From contig DATEGE010000143.1 of NCBI GenBank assembly GCA_035280265.1, positions 2,307 to 66,306 on the forward strand: a DNA stretch of 64,000 nt. Reading direction: 5' to 3'. The stretch comes from Gemmatimonadales bacterium (GTDB lineage Bacteria; Gemmatimonadota; Gemmatimonadetes; Gemmatimonadales; GWC2-71-9). The translations under genes were made by a program, and so were the position numbers. The notes beneath the pieces are model-generated. The model was not told the DNA's origin and did not search any database. It was given only the letters and a program-made list of their open reading frames with translations. Of this stretch, positions 9,170-16,077 are shown piece after piece. How positions within the stretch are numbered: position 1 is the first letter of the stretch; every line of letters begins with the position of its first letter.

Positions 9170-9874
9170 ATGATGAATCGCCCGCTCGTGTTGCTCGCCG
9201 TGTGTTGCCTGGGTGGGGTGCCCGCAGCGGCGCCTGGCCAGAGCACGCACAACGCCCTGACCCCCACGGAGAAGGCCGCCGGCTGGCGCCTCTTGTTCGA
9301 CGGCAAGACCACCTCGGGGTGGCGCGGCTGGAAGAAGGACTCGATGCCCGCGGGCTGGCAGGTCGTCGACGGCGAGCTGACCCGCGTGGCCGCGGCCGGC
9401 GATATCATGACGCGGGACAAGTACCGCGACTTCGAGCTCTCGCTGCAGTGGAACATCGCCCCGGGCGGCAACAGCGGAATCTTCTACCGGGCGAGCGAAG
9501 ACGACGACGCGATCTACTGGAGCGCTCCGGAAATGCAGGTGCTGGACGACGCCAGACATCCCGACGGGCAGTCGCGGCTCACGTCTGCGGGCGCGGACTA
9601 CGACATCTATCCCTCCCCAGCGGGCGTCGTGAAGCCGGCGGGTGAATGGAACCAGGTCCGGCTGGTGGTCAAGGGCAACCACGTGGAGCACTGGCTCAAC
9701 GGCGTGAAGGTGGTCGAATACGAATTGGGGAGCCCCGACTGGGAGGCGCGCGTCAAGGCGAGCAAGTTCGCGCCGCACGTCCATTACGGGCGCAATCGCG
9801 AGGGGTACGTCGGCCTGCAGGATCACGGCGACCGCGTGGCGTACCGCGACATCAAGATCCGGGTGCTGCCGTGA
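9170..9874 (+). CDS. exported DUF1080 (3-keto-disaccharide hydrolase family) protein
   Basis: Signal peptide MMNRPLVLLAVCCLGGVPAAAPGQ. WRLLFDGKTTSGWRGW ... GLQDHGDRVAYRDIKIRVL. AAGGAG SD at 9158..9163. Confidence 0.8.
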   Translation: MMNRPLVLLAVCCLGGVPAAAPGQSTHNALTPTEKAAGWRLLFDGKTTSGWRGWKKDSMPAGWQVVDGELTRVAAAGDIMTRDKYRDFELSLQWNIAPGGNSGIFYRASEDDDAIYWSAPEMQVLDDARHPDGQSRLTSAGADYDIYPSPAGVVKPAGEWNQVRLVVKGNHVEHWLNGVKVVEYELGSPDWEARVKASKFAPHVHYGRNREGYVGLQDHGDRVAYRDIKIRVLP

Positions 9875-11112
9875 GCGTCCGCGCCAAACTGTCGACGATG
9901 ATGTTCTTGCAGTTCTTCATCTGGGGCGCCTGGTACACCACCATCGCGGTGTACATGACCCACCACGGGATGGAGAAGCTGACGCACTGGCCCTATACGG
10001 TGAACCCGATCTCGGCCATCGTGGCGCCGTTTTTCCTGGGGCTCGTGGCCGACCGCTACTTTCCGACCGAGAAGGTGCTGGGCGTGCTTCATATACTGGG
10101 CGGCGTGGTGATGTTCATCGTGCCCCAGGCCACCGGCGCGCCGACCGCGTTCATTCTGCTGCTGCTGCTCTACAACCTCTGCTACATGCCGACCCTTGGT
10201 CTCGCCAACAGCCTGGCGTTCCATCACATCCAGTCGCAGGAGCAGCAGTTTCCGCTGATCCGCGTGTTCGGCACCATCGGTTGGATCGTGGCCGGGCTCT
10301 TCATTAGTTGGGTGCTCGGTCCCCTCGTGGGGACCGTCGCGGAGCAGACCCCGCTTCCCATTTACAGCACCGCCGTCGCGAGCGTGGTGCTGGGACTGTT
10401 CGCCTTCACGCTGCCGCACACGCCGCCGCCGGGCGCCGGGCAGCGCGTCTCACTGCGCAGCATCATCGGACTCGACGCGCTGGCGCAGCTCGGTGACCGC
10501 GCCTTCTATGTGTTCATTATCGCGTCGCTGCTGATCTGCATCCCGCTCGCCGCGTATTACAACTTCACGCAGATCTTCCTGGGTGACGCGGGAGTCACGA
10601 AGATCGCCGCGACGCAGGCGTGGGGCCAGATCTCCGAGACGGGATTCATGCTCCTCATGCCACTGTTTTTCGCGCGGCTGGGCGTGAAAAAAATGCTGCT
10701 CGTGGGCATGGGCGCGTGGGTGCTGCGCTACGCCCTCTTTGCCCTCGCGGCGCCGGCCGCGATCTTCCCGCTCATCTTCATCGGGATCCTGCTGCACGGC
10801 GTCTGCTACGACTTCTTCTTCGTGACGGGCCAGATCTACGTGGACAAGAAGTCGACCCCGGCCGTGCGCGGCCAGGCGCAGGGATTCCTCGTGCTCGTCA
10901 CCTACGGCGTTGGCATGCTGATCGGCGCGCAGGTGGCCGGGAACGTCTACAACCGGCTGCTCGGCGGCGCCACCGGCCTGACGCTGGCGCGTTGGCCCAG
11001 CTTCTGGGTGCTGCCGGCCGGTTTCGCCGCGCTGGTCCTGGTCTTTTTCGCCGCGCTGTTCCGCCCTGCGGCGGGGCCTGTGCGCGAGCCCAGCCCGGGC
11101 TCGGCGAGGTGA
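9871..11112 (+). CDS. MFS transporter, nucleoside:H+ symporter (NupG/XapB-like) family
   Basis: GTG 9871 overlaps the upstream stop (GTGA). FLQFFIWGAWYTT...YMPTLGLANS...FPLIRVFGTIGWIVAG closely parallels E. coli NupG as I recall it. Confidence 0.8.
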   Translation: MSVRAKLSTMMFLQFFIWGAWYTTIAVYMTHHGMEKLTHWPYTVNPISAIVAPFFLGLVADRYFPTEKVLGVLHILGGVVMFIVPQATGAPTAFILLLLLYNLCYMPTLGLANSLAFHHIQSQEQQFPLIRVFGTIGWIVAGLFISWVLGPLVGTVAEQTPLPIYSTAVASVVLGLFAFTLPHTPPPGAGQRVSLRSIIGLDALAQLGDRAFYVFIIASLLICIPLAAYYNFTQIFLGDAGVTKIAATQAWGQISETGFMLLMPLFFARLGVKKMLLVGMGAWVLRYALFALAAPAAIFPLIFIGILLHGVCYDFFFVTGQIYVDKKSTPAVRGQAQGFLVLVTYGVGMLIGAQVAGNVYNRLLGGATGLTLARWPSFWVLPAGFAALVLVFFAALFRPAAGPVREPSPGSAR

Positions 11113-11117
11113 TTCGG

Positions 11118-12455
11118 ATGCCTCGCAAGCGCATCACGAGACGCAAGTTCGTCAGCGAGCTGGGCGCGGGCGTCGCGTTCACGATCGTTCCGCGCCACGT
11201 GCTGGGTCGCGGGGTTCGGGCGCCGAGCGATAAGCTCAACGTGGCGTGCGTGGGCGTCGGGGGCATGGGGCGGAACGACGTGAAGGGGATGGAAGGCGAG
11301 AACATCTACGCGCTGTGCGACGTCGACTGGAAGGCGGCGGAGGACGCCTTTCAGACATACCCCAAGGCCAAACGATACAAAGACTACCGCGAGATGCTCG
11401 ATCGGGACTCGAAGAGCATCGATGCCATCACGGTCTCAACGCCCGATCACTCGCATGCGGCGGCCGGACTGCTGGCGATGAGGGCGGGCAAGCACACCTA
11501 CATCCAGAAGCCGCTGGCGCGGACCATGGGTGAGGTGCGTGCGCTGGCCGACTATGCGCGCGCCCATCCCAAGCTGATGACGCAGATGGGCAACCAGGGA
11601 CACGCTCGCGAAGGCACGCGCCAGCTCCGCGAGTGGGTGGAAGCGGGCGCCATCGGGACCGTGCGCGAGGTGCACTTCTGGACCAACCGCCCGATCTGGC
11701 CTCAGGCGATCGAGCGCCCGCTCGAGGAGTACTACGTCCCCGCCACGCTCGACTGGAACCTGTGGCTCGGCACCGCGGCCGAGCGGCCGTATCATCCGGC
11801 GTACGTGCCGTTCAAGTGGCGCGGCTTTTGGGACTTCGGCACCGGCGCGCTGGGCGACATGGCGTGTCATATCATGGATGCCGCATACTGGACACTCGAC
11901 CTTGGATTCGCGACCCGCATCGAGCCCGAGTCCACGCCGCTGTTCAAGGAGACGGCGCCTGCCGGGTCGCGCATCACGTACACGTTTGCCGCGAAAGGAA
12001 GCCGTCCTGAACTGAGGGTGGTGTGGCGCGATGGCAGCCTCTATCCGCCACGGCCGCCCGAGGTGACGGACGACGCGCCCTGGCCCCAGGACCGCGGCGG
12101 CGGCCAGCTGTGGATCGGCAGCGGCGGCAAACTCACCGCCGGAACGTACGGGGACGACCCAAAACTACTCGACCCCGCGAAGCAGGCGGAGATCACCGCG
12201 CACCCCCCGGCGCAGAAGTACGCACGCTCGCCGGGCGTGTATGCCGAGTGGATCGCCGCGTGTAAAAGTGGAGCGCCCGCCGGCTCGACGTTCGACGGGC
12301 ACGCCGGAGGGCTCACGTCCATGGTGCTGCTGGGTTGCCTGGCGGTGCGGCTGGGACGCACGCTCGAAATCGACCCGGCCGCGGGGCAGGTGACGAACCT
12401 CCGCGTTCCCGAAGAGTACATCCGGCCGACGTACCGATCCGGGTGGTCGCTGTAG
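11118..12455 (+). CDS. Tat-exported Gfo/Idh/MocA family oxidoreductase
   Basis: MPRKRITRRKFVSELGAGVAFTIVP (twin-arginine signal), then NVACVGVGGMGRNDV...ALCDVD Rossmann motif. Frame of ORF 10620..12455. Confidence 0.85.
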   Translation: MPRKRITRRKFVSELGAGVAFTIVPRHVLGRGVRAPSDKLNVACVGVGGMGRNDVKGMEGENIYALCDVDWKAAEDAFQTYPKAKRYKDYREMLDRDSKSIDAITVSTPDHSHAAAGLLAMRAGKHTYIQKPLARTMGEVRALADYARAHPKLMTQMGNQGHAREGTRQLREWVEAGAIGTVREVHFWTNRPIWPQAIERPLEEYYVPATLDWNLWLGTAAERPYHPAYVPFKWRGFWDFGTGALGDMACHIMDAAYWTLDLGFATRIEPESTPLFKETAPAGSRITYTFAAKGSRPELRVVWRDGSLYPPRPPEVTDDAPWPQDRGGGQLWIGSGGKLTAGTYGDDPKLLDPAKQAEITAHPPAQKYARSPGVYAEWIAACKSGAPAGSTFDGHAGGLTSMVLLGCLAVRLGRTLEIDPAAGQVTNLRVPEEYIRPTYRSGWSL

Positions 12456-12461
12456 CGCGCG

Positions 12462-13160
12462 ATGCAGGGACTGGCCGCGACGCTGACCGATCACCCGCTC
12501 ATCGCGCTGGTCACGCTGTTCGGGGCGGGTCTCGTGACGAGCCTCACGCCGTGCATCTACCCGATGATCCCCATCACTGCCGGCATTCTGTCGGGAACGA
12601 GTGCAGGCACGCCGTCGCGCGGGCGCACCGCGCGACTTACACTCACGTATGCCGTGGGCCTCGCGCTGTTTTACGCGATCCTGGGCCTCGTGGCCGGTCT
12701 GTCGGGCACGTTGTTCGGCACCGTGAGCGCGAACCCATGGGCCCGCTTCGCGATCGGGAACCTGCTGCTGCTCTTCGGCCTTGCCATGCTGGACGTGATC
12801 CCCGTGACGGCGCCGCAGCGCTTGATGCAATGGGCCTCGGGGTTGGGTGGCGGCTCGTACCCAGCGGTGTTTCTCCTCGGAGCGACGTCCGGGATCGTCG
12901 CGGCGCCGTGCGGGGCACCGGCGTTCGCGGCGGTGCTCACGTGGGTCGCGGCGACGCGGAGCGGATTGCTCGGCTTCGTGTACTTATTCGTGTTCTCCTT
13001 GGGGATGACGGCGCTGCTCGTGGTGGTCGGCCTGTTCTCGGGCAGTCTGGCCGCGCTGCCACGAGCCGGTCAGTGGATGGTGTGGGTCAAGAAACTCGCT
13101 GGCGTGGTGCTGCTCGGCATGGCGGAGTACTATTTCATACAGATGGGAAAGGTGCTGTGA
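12462..13160 (+). CDS. ccdA: cytochrome c biogenesis/thiol-disulfide transporter CcdA (DsbD core family)
   Basis: 232-aa polytopic protein with the two conserved Cys contexts LTPCIYPMIP and AAPCGAPAF. Confidence 0.85.
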   Translation: MQGLAATLTDHPLIALVTLFGAGLVTSLTPCIYPMIPITAGILSGTSAGTPSRGRTARLTLTYAVGLALFYAILGLVAGLSGTLFGTVSANPWARFAIGNLLLLFGLAMLDVIPVTAPQRLMQWASGLGGGSYPAVFLLGATSGIVAAPCGAPAFAAVLTWVAATRSGLLGFVYLFVFSLGMTALLVVVGLFSGSLAALPRAGQWMVWVKKLAGVVLLGMAEYYFIQMGKVL

Positions 13161-13648
13161 TGCGATACGGATGGGTCGCGGCCGCGTTGCTGTGGCCGGC
13201 CGTCGTCAGCGGCCAGGACGTCGGCCTGTCGCTGGGGACCCAGGCACCCGTGGTGAGCGTGCAAGATCTCGACGGCAAGACCGTCGACCTGGGGCGATAC
13301 ATCGGCAAGGGCCCGGTGTTGCTTGAGTTCTGGGCCACGTGGTGCCCGGTGTGCGCCGCACTCGAGCCGGCGCTCAAAGACGCGCACGCCCGATACGGCG
13401 CGGCGGTGCCGTTCGTGGCCATCGGCGTGGCCGTGAACGAGACGCCGGCGTCGATCCGGCGCCACCTCGCAAGCCACCCCTTACCGTTCCCGGTGCTGTA
13501 CGACGCGAGCGGCGCGGCAGTGCGGGCGTTCGAGGCGCCCACGACGTCGTACATCGTTGTGCTGGATGGAGCGGGGAAGGTCAGCTACACCGGCACCGGG
13601 TCCGACCAGGACGTCGCGGCGGCGCTGCGGCGCGTGGCGAGCCGGTAG
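13160..13648 (+). CDS. exported TlpA/ResA-like thioredoxin-fold thiol:disulfide oxidoreductase
   Basis: ATG 13160 overlaps the ccdA stop. MRYGWVAAALLWPAVVSGQ signal. FWATWCPVCAAL (WCxxC). Confidence 0.85.
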   Translation: MRYGWVAAALLWPAVVSGQDVGLSLGTQAPVVSVQDLDGKTVDLGRYIGKGPVLLEFWATWCPVCAALEPALKDAHARYGAAVPFVAIGVAVNETPASIRRHLASHPLPFPVLYDASGAAVRAFEAPTTSYIVVLDGAGKVSYTGTGSDQDVAAALRRVASR

Positions 13649-13675
13649 TGCTGAGGAAGGTCCGCACGTTGTAAT

Positions 13676-13832
13676 GTGCAGCGTGGGGGTGGGGCTAGGG
13701 CGCCTACACTCGGGGGCACACCGAAACCCGCACCCCGAACGGGAGACTGGCCAAGCCGGTTTCGCGTCCCGACTTCTGAGTTCGGGGCGCCCTCGCGTGT
13801 AAAGCGCCCGGCGCCCCACCCCCACGCTGCAC
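13676..13832. repeat. 157-nt multi-stem long hairpin in a convergent intergenic region
   Basis: Outer perfect 20-bp stem GTGCAGCGTGGGGGTGGGGC (13676..13695) with GCCCCACCCCCACGCTGCAC (13813..13832). Inner stems GGGCGC/GCGCCC and CCCCGAAC (13733..13740) with GTTCGGGG (13780..13787). Confidence 0.85.
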
Positions 13833-13873
13833 GAAGTCTTGTGGGACTATTCCCCTGCTGTGTCGGCCGCTAG

Positions 13874-14461
13874 TTACTCGGCCGGCTTCGGCGCGACGCG
13901 GTCGATCGCCGCCGCCAGGTCCTTGTACGACTGTGGGTCGATCTCCCGGAACGGCGTCATCCGGTACGCGATCTTGCCGTCCGGCCCCACCACAAACAGC
14001 GTCCGATTGTCGACGCCGTACTTGGCGCTACGGGCGCCGTAGGTCGTGCCGACGACGCCACCAGAATCGCTCGCGAACAGGATCGGCAATTCGTCATCGC
14101 GCGCCCATGCCGCGAGCGTGTCAGCGGCATCCACGCTGACGCCGATCGGCACCACCCCACGGCCATCGTGAAACAGCTGTGCGTACTGATCACGGTACGC
14201 ATGCATTTGGATCGTTCACCCTTTGGTGCGCGCCTTGTAGAAGAAGGCGAGCACCACCGTCTTCCCCTTGAAATCGCTTAGGTGGATCGGCGCCTTGAGG
14301 GTGCCGTAGCGCGTCGCGCCCGGCAGCGTGAAGTCGGGCGCCACCGCGCCGACCTGGAGCGGCTCGGGCTCCTTGGGGGTGGGCGCCTGCTGTGCCTGCA
14401 GGGTCGGCGCGACGAACGCGGCCACCAGCGGCAGCGCACGAGCGACGGTTGAGCAGCTCAT
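13874..14461 (-). CDS. exported BCP/PrxQ-type peroxiredoxin; candidate selenoprotein with in-frame TGA at 14216..14218 in place of the peroxidatic Cys
   Basis: Track ORFs 14216..14581 and 13874..14206 are in one frame, separated by TGA. Joined sequence ...KTVVLAFFYKARTKG[TGA]TIQMHAYRDQYAQL... matches the BCP active site FYPKAxTPGCTxQ. GGGAGG SD precedes ATG 14461. Signal peptide MSCSTVARALPLVAAFVAPTLQA. Confidence 0.6.
14180..14201 (-). promoter_or_regulatory. SECIS-like stem-loop downstream of the in-frame UGA
   Basis: mRNA U-GCGUAC-[CGUGAUCA]-GUACGC-A. A 7-bp stem and 8-nt loop containing GU. The loop begins about 21 nt after the UGA. Confidence 0.45.
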
Positions 14462-14472
14462 AGACCTCCCTT

Positions 14473-16077
14473 TCAGTCCTTGAGCGAATGGTAATTCACA
14501 TCCAGCACACGCAGCCGCTCGAGATGCGTGCTGAGCCGGGCGGTGAAGTCCGCAAAGTCCCGGCCCGCTTTCGGCGTCCACAGGACTTCAGCGAGCGCGC
14601 ACGCCCGCGGGAACGCCATGTACTCCACCCGCTTCGGATCTGGAATGTACTCCGTCCACACTTGTCCCTGCGACCCCAGCACGTGACGCGCTTCGGCGTC
14701 CGTGAGCGCTGCCGGGACCGGCTCATAGGAGTACACCGTATCGAGCGGCAGGTAGCCGCCGATCGCGAGGGGCTCGCTGGTCGTGTCGACGGACTGGTAG
14801 TGGTCGAAGTACGTATGTGACCCGGGCGCCATCACCACGTCGTGCCCGGCGCGCGCCGCGGCGATGCCACCGTCGGTCCCCCGCCACGACATGACGACCG
14901 CGTTGGGCGCAAGCCCGCCCTCGAGGATCTCATCCCAGCCCACCAGCCGGCGGCCGTGCGCCGTGAGGAACTCGTCCATGCGGCGCGTGAAGTAGCTCTG
15001 CAGCTCGTCCTCGTTCTTCAAGCCGAGCTCGCGGATGCGCGACTGCGCCAGCGCGCTCGCTTTCCATTGTTTCTTCGGCGCCTCGTCGCCCCCGATGTGG
15101 ATCCAGGGTCCGGGAAACAGCGCCATCACGGCGGTGAGCACGCTCTGATAGAACTTGATGGTGGGCTCGCCGGGGTTGAGGATGTTCTCGTCCACGCCCC
15201 AAGCGGTCCACACCGGCAACGTGTCCCCCGTGTTGCCGAGCTCGGGGTAGGACGCGATCGCCGCCTGCGAATGGCCCGGCATCTCGATCTCGGGCACGAT
15301 CGTAATGAAGCGTGGCTGCGCGTAGGCCACGATCTCGCGCACGTCGTCCTGAGTGTAGAACCCCCCGTGCGGCTGGCCGTCGAACCGCCACTTGGTCGAG
15401 TCGTCTTCGTCCGGCCGGCCGATGATGGTCTGCCGGCGCCACGCGCCGATCTGCGTGAAGCGTGGGTACTGCGGGATCTCGATGCGCCAGCCCTGATCTT
15501 CCGTCAGGTGCCAATGAAACCGGTTGAACTTATGGAGCGCCAGGAGGTCCAGGTACTTCTTCACGAACTCCTTGGGCATGAAATGGCGCCCCACGTCGAG
15601 GTGCATGCCACGCCAGCTGAACCGCGGGTAATCCTCGATGGACACGGCCGGGACGGTCCACGCCACGGCCGCGACCTTCGCTTGCCGGTAAATCGCGGGT
15701 GGCAGGAGCTGACGCAGCGTCTGGATCGCGTAGAACGCCCCGGCGGGCCGGCGCGCGCGGATTGTCACGCGCGCCGGGCTGACGTCGAGCCGATAGCCTT
15801 CGTCGCCCAGCATCGCGAGCGTCGAATCGAGGCGAATCGAGATCGTCCGAGCGCCACCTCCGGCTGGCGCGGTCGACGCCACGGTCAGGCGGAATCCGGT
15901 GGCGGGGTAGAGATAGTCGGCGAGCGTCCCGCCGAGCGGGCGACTCGCGGCGTCTGTCGTGATGACCGTCGAGGTGGTCAGCGTGAAGCTCCCCGAGCCT
16001 GGCGTCAAATGCACGGGCCGGGGAACGATTGCGAAACCGGAATCGAGCGCGAACGCGACCACGAGCGCGGCCAGCAT
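14473..16077 (-). CDS. beta-N-acetylhexosaminidase (GH20)
   Basis: IEDYPRFSWRGMHLDVGRHF, FNRFHWHLTEDQGWR, IEMPGHSQAA, IHIGGDEAPK. ATG 16077 overlaps the upstream stop (ATGA). Confidence 0.9.
   Translation of the reverse strand: MLAALVVAFALDSGFAIVPRPVHLTPGSGSFTLTTSTVITTDAASRPLGGTLADYLYPATGFRLTVASTAPAGGGARTISIRLDSTLAMLGDEGYRLDVSPARVTIRARRPAGAFYAIQTLRQLLPPAIYRQAKVAAVAWTVPAVSIEDYPRFSWRGMHLDVGRHFMPKEFVKKYLDLLALHKFNRFHWHLTEDQGWRIEIPQYPRFTQIGAWRRQTIIGRPDEDDSTKWRFDGQPHGGFYTQDDVREIVAYAQPRFITIVPEIEMPGHSQAAIASYPELGNTGDTLPVWTAWGVDENILNPGEPTIKFYQSVLTAVMALFPGPWIHIGGDEAPKKQWKASALAQSRIRELGLKNEDELQSYFTRRMDEFLTAHGRRLVGWDEILEGGLAPNAVVMSWRGTDGGIAAARAGHDVVMAPGSHTYFDHYQSVDTTSEPLAIGGYLPLDTVYSYEPVPAALTDAEARHVLGSQGQVWTEYIPDPKRVEYMAFPRACALAEVLWTPKAGRDFADFTARLSTHLERLRVLDVNYHSLKD

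Noticed and set aside
13731-13790. Possible tRNA-Sec (selC) or other tRNA hidden in the long hairpin next to the candidate selenoprotein. The minus strand contains a CUCAGAA-like loop with UCA.
   Set aside because: The stem CCCGA/TCGGG would enclose a 9-nt loop rather than a 7-nt anticodon loop. There is no GGTTCGAATCC-like T-loop, no acceptor stem and no CCA context. It is just part of the nested hairpin.
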